A program made the translations under genes and the position numbers. A stretch of DNA of 47,958 nt from a virus. Its lineage: Duplodnaviria; Caudoviricetes. Positions 1 through 6,936 of this stretch are shown here, one piece after another (the stretch's first letter is position 1; every line of letters begins with the position of its first letter). The stretch is from the IMG/VR virus record IMGVR_UViG_3300037478_000109, positions 1 to 47,958 of that record, one strand, 5' to 3'. The notes below the pieces were generated by a model that was not told the origin of the DNA, searched no databases, and saw only the letters and a list, made by a program, of their open reading frames with translations.

Positions 1-1500
1 CGAGGAGCACAGCGACCGGAACTGACGCCCACCCGTGTTGTTCTCACGAGCGTCGTTGTATCGGAACTCTGCGTGCTTCTCGCTCTCCTTGGTGTGGAAG
101 GAGGCATTGTTGCTGACGACGGAGTTTTTGATGACCCCGCGCTCCACCAATAGTCTCTTAGCCGTGTATGCCTGAAGCAAACTTCCGCCATTCCCACTGG
201 CTCCACCGACCGCCCCGATCCCGTCACCCACGCAGTCCGCGCAGTAGAGATGTTCGTGCGTGCCGGATGCGTTATCGGTGTTCCCCGCCGCCATATACAG
301 GATGAAGCCGAAGTTGTCGGAGCCGCTCGTGCCGCCGTAGGGATCGGTGCAGGTGATGCGCCAGATCGTGTCGCGACGGTGTGTGCCCGCGCGTTGAATG
401 ACGCGCACGTTCGCCGCATCTTTGTCGGTCTGGTTGACGTCGATGGACTCGATGTTGTCGAGGAACGTGTCCTCTGTCGTATCGAATGAGTTACTAAATC
501 CTGTTGTACCAGAACCGTCGATGATGACTGCCTCACCCGGATACCCGATATAGGCCCTCGGCTCGTCCGTGTTGTCAGTGAACCGGCACTGCCGGTCTAG
601 GACGTGGGTGCCTCCCCGGATGTAGCAGATGTTGGGGCCGAGAAGCGCGTCCTGGAGCGCTGAGATGGACTCGTAGGGCAAGTCGATTGTGCCATCCGCC
701 GTCCCGTCGTCCCCGTTCACCGGATCGAGGAACACGAACTGGTCGGCACTGACCTCTACCGAGAACGTGATGTCCACGGTCGCGCCCGTCTGGTCCGTGA
801 CTCGTACCACTACGTTCTCGGCGGTCTGCGGCGTAGCCGGTGCCGTACCTGACAGCACCCCGTAGCCGGTCAGCGGCTCCTTGTGATCCCCAACCGGCAT
901 CAACGTCTCATACTCGATGTCGAGCCAGGACGGGCCAGTAATCAGTTGGTATCGGTACGGCCACGCGCCGAATTGCACGCCGATCGGGATCTCGTACTTG
1001 ATGCCAGGGTATGCCCAGAGATGGCGGGCGTAGCTGTTCGTCTCCGCGTTCGGCCGGGGATAGACGGCGTACAAGGCGAACCCCGCGTCGGCGTCTTCTG
1101 CGTCGAAGTAGTTACCCGCATCTAGCTGCCAGTTGGGATCGAAGTTGGTGATCTCCTCCGGCGTAGCATTCACCGAAGGCGTGTCGTCAGTCGTGATCCC
1201 GTCGTCAACTTCGAGCGTGTAGGTATACTCGGTGTCGTTCTCCGCCGTGTCGTCGTCGTAGGGGAGCGTCACGTCCGCAGCGAGCACCGAGCCCTTCGAT
1301 CCGTCCGTGGAACGGTACAGGTCGCGCGTGTAGGATTCGCTCCCACCTGACGGGGCCGTGCCCTGGGCGATGGCTACCGTGCCGTCTCCGGGGGTCGCGG
1401 TGATCGTGCCCGCGTCAAGGGCTTCCGGCTCCACCACAGCCACAGCCCCACGCCCCTTCGCGCCTGAGCGTATCGAGCCGAACGGAGGGACGAGGGTCAT
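1..1500 (-). CDS. Large virion-associated fibre/adhesin-like protein (FN3/Ig-like N-terminus, probable parallel beta-helix), running off the window start
   Basis: Absent from the ORF track because it has no stop in the window. Hand translation from ATG 1500: MTLVPPFGSIRSGAKGRGAVAVVEPEALDAGTITATPGDG...YDDDTAENDTEYTYTLEV...VFLDPVNGDDGTADGTIDLPYESI...CYIRGGTH...YIGYPGEAVIIDG...; open to base 1. The DPVNGDD...GTIDLPY...RGGTH pattern is typical of beta-helix N-caps. Confidence 0.7.
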   Translation of the reverse strand, partial: MTLVPPFGSIRSGAKGRGAVAVVEPEALDAGTITATPGDGTVAIAQGTAPSGGSESYTRDLYRSTDGSKGSVLAADVTLPYDDDTAENDTEYTYTLEVDDGITTDDTPSVNATPEEITNFDPNWQLDAGNYFDAEDADAGFALYAVYPRPNAETNSYARHLWAYPGIKYEIPIGVQFGAWPYRYQLITGPSWLDIEYETLMPVGDHKEPLTGYGVLSGTAPATPQTAENVVVRVTDQTGATVDITFSVEVSADQFVFLDPVNGDDGTADGTIDLPYESISALQDALLGPNICYIRGGTHVLDRQCRFTDNTDEPRAYIGYPGEAVIIDGSGTTGFSNSFDTTEDTFLDNIESIDVNQTDKDAANVRVIQRAGTHRRDTIWRITCTDPYGGTSGSDNFGFILYMAAGNTDNASGTHEHLYCADCVGDGIGAVGGASGNGGSLLQAYTAKRLLVERGVIKNSVVSNNASFHTKESEKHAEFRYNDARENNTGGRQFRSLCSS

Positions 1501-1670
1501 TGTCCGTCGTCCTCCGCCACTGTGAGCCAGAACCCGAAGCCGAAGAGCATCACCCCGGCCTGGACGACCCCGTTTACCGCGCCGAGCGTTACCATGCAGT
1601 CGAGCCACTGGTCGAAGGTCGCCGGGTAGAAGAGGTCCAGCCGGACGGGGCCCCACACAACGCTCGTCAT
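1497..1670 (-). CDS. Small hydrophobic protein (57 aa)
   Basis: MTSVVWGPVRLDLFYPATFDQWLDCMVTLGAVNGVVQAGVMLFGFGFWLTVAEDDGQ; its stop overlaps the next ATG (ATGA coupling); below the track's length cut-off. Confidence 0.55.
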   Translation of the reverse strand: MTSVVWGPVRLDLFYPATFDQWLDCMVTLGAVNGVVQAGVMLFGFGFWLTVAEDDGQ

Positions 1671-1822
1671 GAGGTGTGCAATCCAGGGAAACTGTCAGAA
1701 AAAACGACAGGATTTGGATTCCTGGGGCTGTCGATTTGCACAAGAGGCACCGGGCGACTGCCACGCCCCCGGCCCCTTGATCGAGGGTGGGGGGTCGTCA
1801 GATCCTTGGCCCCTCGCCCCCT

Positions 1823-1850
1823 ACTGCACGTAATAGCCATTATGTTAACC
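1823..1850. other. dif-like XerC/XerD recombination site
   Basis: ACTGCACGTAA-TAGCCA-TTATGTTAACC has the 11-6-11 layout. Versus E. coli dif (GGTGCGCATAA TGTATA TTATGTTAAAT): XerD arm 9/11, XerC arm 7/11. AT-rich and non-coding in a GC-rich genome. Confidence 0.8.
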
Positions 1851-1998
1851 TGGCCGAATGCCGTAAGTCGTTGCGTCCCTTGACCTTGGAGTCCAGGGCT
1901 GTCAGACTGGCGTGTTGACGTGCGTTATACATTGGATCGCAGCGTATTCGTATGCGTTGTCGCTGCATCTCTATGCTCATGCGTCCGAGGTCGATGAG

Positions 1999-2178
1999 TC
2001 ATTGGTCCTGGTCAGCCCCGCTGAGGAGGAGCACGGGCCACGTCGGGCTGTGGCTGATCCACCCCGGAAGCACGAGCACCAAGAGCGGTTGAGAGATCCC
2101 GGGCAATCCTTGCTCTAGGATCAGCGTGTTATGCGCCGTTGGCGCCTCGTACCACGTCTGCCCCACCGGGATAGTCAC
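1999..2178 (-). CDS. Small hypothetical protein
   Basis: GTG start coupled (GTGA) to the stop of the upstream lipoprotein gene; no recognisable motif. Confidence 0.35.
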   Translation of the reverse strand: MTIPVGQTWYEAPTAHNTLILEQGLPGISQPLLVLVLPGWISHSPTWPVLLLSGADQDQ

Positions 2179-2891
2179 CGAGTCCTCCCGACGAGTGGCC
2201 CATCGGGCGGGTACATCACACACCGGCCCATCACCCCGTCGTCCTCAGCCGCGCCCAATGCATGCAGGATCTCGTGAGAGATCACGGTCGGATGCAGCCA
2301 GTACGGTCGCTCGATGACGATAACCGTCGCGTCCCAGTGCTCGAAGACCGTTGCCCCATAGAGCAGGTTGCCATCGGTGTCCGCGATCGTATCCGCCACA
2401 GCCCACGCGACGTCAGCCGGCGCGCCCTCCTGCCCTGCGCAGTTGGCGACGTCAGCCCAGATCCCCAGATGCATGTAGCGGGGGAACAGCCACTCCATGC
2501 CCACGATTCGGATCTCCGTGTCCGCTGCGCCGAACCCGTCACCAATGACGTACGAGAAGCGCGAGGAGGGCGCCACAACCAACTGGGTAGGCTCACCCAC
2601 CGTCATGACGCCCACGCCCTCCACCGGGACACTGGTGCGCCCACCGAACGGCCGGACGATGAACCGCGTTGACATGCCCTCACTCGAACAGACAGGGAGC
2701 GTAGACGTCGTGTTGCCCGTCACGTACCCCAGACGCTTTGCGCCCAACGGCTCGTAGTACACAACCACGTCATACCATCCCTGGTTCTCGACCACCACCT
2801 CGGGGCACGTACCGGGCGCCGGGGCGTCAGGGTCAGGGTAGTAAGGGGCACACGCCAGTGCGGCGGCCAGTAGCGGGACAGTCCAGCGCAT
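2175..2891 (-). CDS. Lipoprotein with C-terminal HExxH zincin-like metallopeptidase domain
   Basis: ATG 2891 overlaps the terS stop. Signal and lipobox MRWTVPLLAAALA-C; beta-rich domain VVVENQGWYDVVVY...RLGYV; HEILHALG...GVM motif. Confidence 0.7.
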   Translation of the reverse strand: MRWTVPLLAAALACAPYYPDPDAPAPGTCPEVVVENQGWYDVVVYYEPLGAKRLGYVTGNTTSTLPVCSSEGMSTRFIVRPFGGRTSVPVEGVGVMTVGEPTQLVVAPSSRFSYVIGDGFGAADTEIRIVGMEWLFPRYMHLGIWADVANCAGQEGAPADVAWAVADTIADTDGNLLYGATVFEHWDATVIVIERPYWLHPTVISHEILHALGAAEDDGVMGRCVMYPPDGPLVGRTR

Positions 2892-3478
2892 CAGAGTAGC
2901 TCCCACAGTTCGTCATGACTATCGGTAGAGGGTGAAGGCGGGAGGAGCTGTTGCTCGGACGTCTGGGCGTCGTCCTCCTGTTCGGAACTCCCGCCTTCCA
3001 ATACCTCTACCACCTCAGCCTCGATCACCGGCACGTCGCGCGGCTGTTGCAGCGCTTGAATGTGCAGATCACCGAGGTTGAATGTGATGCCCGCAGCTTT
3101 GTCGCCGTAACGCTCCGGGTCGCTCTTCGCGGCGAGCCACTTCCGAAAGTTGGACTTGGACGTGGCGAGCTGGACCTGGGGACTGTTGACGTCCACCCCC
3201 AGCCCGTCCAGCTCCGCCATGCCCCGTTCGGCGTGGGCCTCGCCCGCAAACCGGATGGCTTCCTCCCAGAGGGGCTTACGCCGCTCCTTGTGCCCTAGCC
3301 GATCACGCCAGTAGTACAGGTACCTCCGGCTGATCCCGAGGTCCCCGGCCACGTCCCCGACGCTCCGGCCGGAGGCCAGCTGGTCGAACACGTAGTCCTC
3401 GCCCCCGTACTTCTCGACCAGGAGCCTCTCGACTCGTTCCAACACCGGCCGTCCACCTGTCTTGCCTCGCCCAGACAC
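2891..3478 (-). CDS. terS: Terminase small subunit
   Basis: HTH (LASGRSVGDVAGDLGISRRYLYYW), oligomerisation helices and RKWLAAKSDPERYGDK, typical of Sf6/SF6-like TerS; GGAGG RBS. Confidence 0.85.
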   Translation of the reverse strand: MSGRGKTGGRPVLERVERLLVEKYGGEDYVFDQLASGRSVGDVAGDLGISRRYLYYWRDRLGHKERRKPLWEEAIRFAGEAHAERGMAELDGLGVDVNSPQVQLATSKSNFRKWLAAKSDPERYGDKAAGITFNLGDLHIQALQQPRDVPVIEAEVVEVLEGGSSEQEDDAQTSEQQLLPPSPSTDSHDELWELL

Positions 3479-3501
3479 GGACCCCTCCGTTTGAATGCCA
3501 G

Positions 3502-3575
3502 TAGCGCCGACGGGACTCGAACCCGTGACCTCCAGGGTATGAACCTGGCGAGCTACCAGACTGCTCTACGGCGCG
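3502..3575 (-). tRNA. tRNA-Met(CAT), initiator (fMet)-type; CCA not encoded
   Basis: CGCGCCG TA GAGC AGTCTGGTA GCTC G CCAGG TTCATAC CCTGG AGGTC ACGGG TTCGAGT CCCGT CGGCGCT A folds as a full cloverleaf. The C1:U72 mismatch and A11-U24 pair are initiator signatures. Confidence 0.92.
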
Positions 3576-3581
3576 ACACGT

Positions 3582-3625
3582 AAAATACCAGGCGCCCACC
3601 CCGGACTCTATGACCCGACGTACAA
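3582..3625 (-). promoter_or_regulatory. Putative late promoter 1: TTGTACGTCGGGTCATAG-N20-TATTTT
   Basis: The -10 element lies 6 nt upstream of the tRNA 5' end. The 18-bp box is 16/18 identical to that at 41421-41438, with identical spacing. Confidence 0.65.
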
Positions 3626-3674
3626 TCGTCGCCGCGCCCTCCCCCGGAAGGCGCAATTGTGGGTTTTTTCGACA

Positions 3675-3945
3675 GTGGACAGGTGTGGACAGCGTGCGAC
3701 CAGTTCGGATAAGCCACCTGTCCACACGTAAGTTGCTGTCGTACCAAGGATTTACGTAACTACTACAAGTATAGTGGACAGCGCGACCACCCTAAACTCG
3801 ATCATGTGGGGAATTAGAAGGCGGAGGTATCCAGATAGCTCAAAAGATTCTAAAGACTTTTAGGGTGGTCGCACTGTCCACACTGGTAAAAGTGGCGTGG
3901 TTACTGGACGAAGTGTGATCCACCCCCCTGTCCACACGCTGTCCA
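3675..3945. repeat. Inverted iteron cluster (TGGACAG/CTGTCCA, 7 copies) with a 23-bp inverted repeat; candidate replication origin
   Basis: Copies start near 3675, 3684, 3718, 3774, 3874, 3928 and 3939. GTGGACAGCGCGACCACCCTAAA (3774-3796) is the inverse of 3859-3881 with 1 mismatch, around a relatively AT-rich spacer. Non-coding, between divergent arms. Confidence 0.6.
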
Positions 3946-3959
3946 TTCAAGCTTGAAGC

Positions 3960-4066
3960 TTGTCGTTTTCTCCTACAATCGAGCACTCTTGTAGTTTTCG
4001 TCTACAATTACCCCTTGACACCGGGTACGGGGTAGGGTTACCGTTCCTTGTAGAGATTCACTACAA
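3960..4066. promoter_or_regulatory. Three palindromic operators TTGTAG-N7-CTACAA
   Basis: 3960-3978 (TTGTCG, 1 mismatch), 3989-4007 and 4048-4066 bracket the promoter at 4015-4044. Confidence 0.7.
4015..4044 (+). promoter_or_regulatory. Sigma70-type early promoter TTGACA-N18-TACCGT
   Basis: Perfect -35 and a TAnnnT -10, about 40 nt upstream of the first early gene. Confidence 0.7.
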
Positions 4067-4083
4067 CGTCGGAGTTTGAGATC

Positions 4084-4329
4084 ATGATCGACCTGACCCC
4101 CGGCAGCGCCCGCCTCCTCGAAGCCCTCTGGCTCGACCGCGAGAACTGGGCCGGCATGCCCCTCTTCGGCGGCAACGTCGGCGGCGACCCGGCGAGCCTG
4201 GGCCACCTGACCGACCTCAAGAAGAAGGGGTACGTCGAGACCGAGGTTGACTACGAGGACCCGTCGCTGTCGTGGGTGATCTTCACCGCCAAGACCGAGA
4301 CGCTCTTCGCCACGGAGGACAACCGATGA
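4084..4329 (+). CDS. Early protein, possible winged-helix fold
   Basis: GGAG RBS; GHLTDLKKKGYVET...SWVIFTAK resembles a wHTH recognition helix and wing. Confidence 0.7.
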   Translation: MIDLTPGSARLLEALWLDRENWAGMPLFGGNVGGDPASLGHLTDLKKKGYVETEVDYEDPSLSWVIFTAKTETLFATEDNR

Positions 4330-4529
4330 CCCCCGCCGACCACGTCGCCATCGCGTACCACGGGTCCGTCGTTCTGGTCCGGCCCCGGACCGACGACGCC
4401 CACGCCTGGCTCGAACGGCACACACCCGACGACGCCACCTGGTTCGGCGGGGCGCTCGTGGTCGAGCCCCGCTACCTTGCCGACCTGATCGACGGCCTGG
4501 CCGCCGACCTCACTACCACGGAGGACTGA
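4326..4529 (+). CDS. Early hypothetical protein
   Basis: ATGA-coupled start at 4326 (MTPADHVAIAYHGSVVLVRP...ALVVEPRYLADL); strong GC3 bias. Confidence 0.75.
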   Translation: MTPADHVAIAYHGSVVLVRPRTDDAHAWLERHTPDDATWFGGALVVEPRYLADLIDGLAADLTTTED

Positions 4530-4532
4530 CCC

Positions 4533-4655
4533 ATGAACATGCTAGGGTGGATCTTAGGTGTAGGGCTCCCGCTGCTACTCGCGGCCTGCCTGTTCACGAT
4601 CTGGGTGCTAACGGAAAGGGGAGCGTTAGATGAGAGTCTCAATCGGGACCTTTGA
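4533..4655 (+). CDS. Small single-pass membrane peptide (40 aa)
   Basis: MNMLGWILGVGLPLLLAACLFTIWVLTERGALDESLNRDL after a GGAGG RBS; not in the ORF track. Confidence 0.6.
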   Translation: MNMLGWILGVGLPLLLAACLFTIWVLTERGALDESLNRDL

Positions 4656-4815
4656 CATCAGCGACGACGTCCGACGCGCCATCCGCCACCAGGAAGGTCG
4701 CAAGGGCCTAGCTACCCGCGAGGAAGTCAGGCAGAATGTGGAAATGATCGTCGAAGCAGTCTGGGAAGACTACGTGTTCGATCTTGAACGTGACCTCACC
4801 ACCACAGAGGACTGA
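4630..4815 (+). CDS. Early hypothetical protein
   Basis: GGGGAG RBS; ends DLTTTED, the same as 4326-4529. Confidence 0.65.
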   Translation: MRVSIGTFDISDDVRRAIRHQEGRKGLATREEVRQNVEMIVEAVWEDYVFDLERDLTTTED

Positions 4816-4818
4816 CCC

Positions 4819-5172
4819 ATGAACCTGTACGACCACGAAATCGAGATCCGCGAGCTGGGCCTTGACGTGCCCCGCTGGATCGCGCAGGACATCGACACGG
4901 CCCAGGTCGCGGCCATCGTAGAGGGCGGCTGCGCCTCGGGCGCCTACATGCCCGCCGTGACCCACCACGAGGCCCTGGCGACCATGACCGAGCACGGTGA
5001 CGACGTCTTCGACTTCCTCGATGGCGCCTGCGGGTTGATCCCGGAGCCTGTCTGGAGGCAACGGCTGTCCTGGTCCGCCCTCGCGTGCTTCTACCTGTCC
5101 CTGGCCGTGGAGGATTGGGCCAGCACGACCGCCCACCAGGTGGTCGAGGCCCTGGAAGACCAGGACGCTTGA
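4819..5172 (+). CDS. Acidic helical early protein, possible Ocr-like DNA mimic
   Basis: 117 aa, Asp/Glu-rich, GCASGAYMPAVTHH motif, early position. Function is inference only. Confidence 0.65.
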   Translation: MNLYDHEIEIRELGLDVPRWIAQDIDTAQVAAIVEGGCASGAYMPAVTHHEALATMTEHGDDVFDFLDGACGLIPEPVWRQRLSWSALACFYLSLAVEDWASTTAHQVVEALEDQDA

Positions 5173-5211
5173 CCCCACCCCAACGAAGACGCTTGACCCC
5201 ACCCCAACGAA
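5164..5211 (+). repeat. Perfect 24-bp tandem duplication GACGCTTGACCCCACCCCAACGAA x2
   Basis: Read directly at 5164-5187 and 5188-5211. Confidence 0.9.
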
Positions 5212-5223
5212 GAGGACTGACCG

Positions 5224-5433
5224 ATGACCTACCTCGTAAAGGACTTCTCCTCCGGCGCCCGGGCCGTGCGCGTCCAGTGCCTGGCGTGCGGGAAGATGGT
5301 CCAGCTATCCGACGCCGTGATCGACAAGGACGGACCCGCGTTCATGGCGTACTACCACGACGCAGAGCCCTGCCGGCCCGAGGGCCCGGTTCGAGTCACC
5401 CACCACTTCGACGGACGGGTCGAGAAGGCTTGA
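5224..5433 (+). CDS. Small early protein with CxxC (possible Zn ribbon)
   Basis: GAGGA RBS; QCLACGK...YYH...C. Confidence 0.7.
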   Translation: MTYLVKDFSSGARAVRVQCLACGKMVQLSDAVIDKDGPAFMAYYHDAEPCRPEGPVRVTHHFDGRVEKA

Positions 5434-5459
5434 CCCCCGCCCCCGCCCACCCGTACCGT
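5430..5459 (+). promoter_or_regulatory. Sigma70-type promoter TTGACC-N18-TACCGT
   Basis: Same -10 and spacing as the 4015 promoter; ATG 5466 sits at the expected +1 (leaderless). Confidence 0.5.
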
Positions 5460-5465
5460 TGAGCC

Positions 5466-5789
5466 ATGTACTACACCTTCCACCAAGAAGAGTTGGTCGC
5501 TACCTGCACCCGCATGGTGGAGGCGGTGGCCGTGGCGATGGCCCACGGGCCCGGCGCCTCCGTCTCGACGGACCGCTCCTTGACATGGAACGACCGGTAC
5601 CGTAGACTACCTGTAGGACACCTGTTACCAGTGAGGTACCCCGATGACCCAAGCCCTCTACGCCCCCACCACACGGCGCCCGGCCCCCAACTACCACACC
5701 TACTGCGGCCCGCAGTCCGTCGCGTCCGCCCACGGCATCACGCCCGAGCTGGCGGCCGAGTGGCTCGTGCGGATCGGGGCCGTGACTAG
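5466..5789 (+). CDS. Hypothetical protein; probably only the N-terminal ~40 codons are genuine
   Basis: Leaderless-type start; the 3' part runs through a promoter and overlaps the next gene. Confidence 0.35.
   Translation: MYYTFHQEELVATCTRMVEAVAVAMAHGPGASVSTDRSLTWNDRYRRLPVGHLLPVRYPDDPSPLRPHHTAPGPQLPHLLRPAVRRVRPRHHARAGGRVARADRGRD
5580..5608 (+). promoter_or_regulatory. Sigma70-type promoter TTGACA-N17-TAGACT
   Basis: Near-consensus hexamers at optimal spacing, upstream of 5644. Confidence 0.75.
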
Positions 5790-6138
5790 CGACGGCATAG
5801 GTACGCACGGCTTCGGCCTGGCGTGCGCCCTCGGGTCCCGGGAGCTGTACCTCGCCCGGTGGCACGACCGCCCGCCCCACGACCTTACCGCCCTCCCCAC
5901 CGCCGCCCAGTTCCTCCGGGTCCACAACCACCAGGACGATGACTTCCTCCTCCGGTCCCAGGAGCACGTGATCCACGTCCGGGCGGGGCGCATCGTGTGT
6001 GACATCTACGGCACGGGCGGCCGGATGCGCGTCATCAGCGCGCTCCCGGTGGGCACATCCTGGCCCCGCTGTCCGTGCGCCGAGTTCCCGGGCGTCGCGG
6101 TCTGGCTCCCCCCGTACACCGCCTGGAGGTCCGCATGA
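5644..6138 (+). CDS. Papain-fold (C39-like) cysteine peptidase-like early protein
   Basis: YCGPQSVA (Cys) and HVIHVRAGRIVCD (His, Asp) in the order of a C39-like triad. Confidence 0.55.
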   Translation: MTQALYAPTTRRPAPNYHTYCGPQSVASAHGITPELAAEWLVRIGAVTSDGIGTHGFGLACALGSRELYLARWHDRPPHDLTALPTAAQFLRVHNHQDDDFLLRSQEHVIHVRAGRIVCDIYGTGGRMRVISALPVGTSWPRCPCAEFPGVAVWLPPYTAWRSA

Positions 6139-6482
6139 CTACCACCGTGATCCACCGCTCGCCCGACCCATTCGCGCCCGACATCGAGTTGTCCCTCACG
6201 CGACACCTGGTCCGCCGTTGCTACGAGCCGTGCAAGCCGGTCCAGGAGCACCGGGACCTATGGACCGCCACGAACCATGCGATCGACGCCCGGAACCACC
6301 TACACAGTCTCTTCCGGGACGGTCACGCGATCGTCTCCACCCCGGGCCGGGGCAACGTCCACGGCTCGGTGGATTGGACCAACGAGGGGCCAGGCACCTA
6401 CACCGTCGCCGGCATCCCCGTCCACGGCTTCCGTGGCCCCTACCGTAACGGCTGCTACGTCTTCACCCGGGAGGCCCCGTGA
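6135..6482 (+). CDS. Hypothetical protein
   Basis: GGAGG RBS; ATGA-coupled start at 6135. Confidence 0.7.
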   Translation: MTTTVIHRSPDPFAPDIELSLTRHLVRRCYEPCKPVQEHRDLWTATNHAIDARNHLHSLFRDGHAIVSTPGRGNVHGSVDWTNEGPGTYTVAGIPVHGFRGPYRNGCYVFTREAP

Positions 6483-6733
6483 GCCGTAAGCGGCACGGCC
6501 CCCTCCCGGGGGACGGCTGGGAGCGCTGGCCCCACGCGCTCGGGTACAGCACCGCCCTCGGCGACCTACGGGCTGACATCGCGCCCGAGGTGCGCCCCGG
6601 TACTGGCAACCTGGAGTGGCACGCCGTGGTCTGGCGGGGCGACGACCGGGACCAGCCGCTCTTTGAAGCCTGGGGCTACCCCCGCGAGGCCGGCGTGGCC
6701 GCGCGTACCTACATGCAGGAGACCGCATCATGA
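6479..6733 (+). CDS. Hypothetical protein
   Basis: GGAGG RBS; GTGA coupling. Confidence 0.7.
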   Translation: MSRKRHGPLPGDGWERWPHALGYSTALGDLRADIAPEVRPGTGNLEWHAVVWRGDDRDQPLFEAWGYPREAGVAARTYMQETAS

Positions 6734-6936
6734 TGAAGACCACCCTCGCCCTAGTCCTCCTGTTCACCGTCGGGTGCGTCGGAGGGCGGGAGATCGTAGG
6801 CCCGGAGGACCCCCAGTACACGGCCCTATGCGCCGACTCAACGCTCACTGACTCGACGAAGGTGTGCGCGGACGACGTGGGCGTTGCAACCGTCGTCATC
6901 ATCATCCCGAACCTGAACCCGCCGAGGACCCCATGA
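6730..6936 (+). CDS. Small lipoprotein
   Basis: MMKTTLALVLLFTVG-C signal peptide and lipobox. Confidence 0.65.
   Translation: MMKTTLALVLLFTVGCVGGREIVGPEDPQYTALCADSTLTDSTKVCADDVGVATVVIIIPNLNPPRTP

Larger units (their letters stand above)
4506..4824 (+). repeat. 33-bp direct repeat pair (4506-4538, 4792-4824) spanning gene end, RBS and next start
   Basis: GACCTCACTACCACGGAGGACTGACCCATGAAC vs GACCTCACCACCACAGAGGACTGACCCATGAAC, 2 mismatches. Confidence 0.85.

Noticed and set aside
3675-5226. CRISPR or mini-array in the repeat-rich control and early region
   Set aside because: Repeats are short, inverted or separated by whole genes, with no regular repeat-spacer period. The Cas4-like DUF2800 gene is an ordinary replication-module exonuclease.
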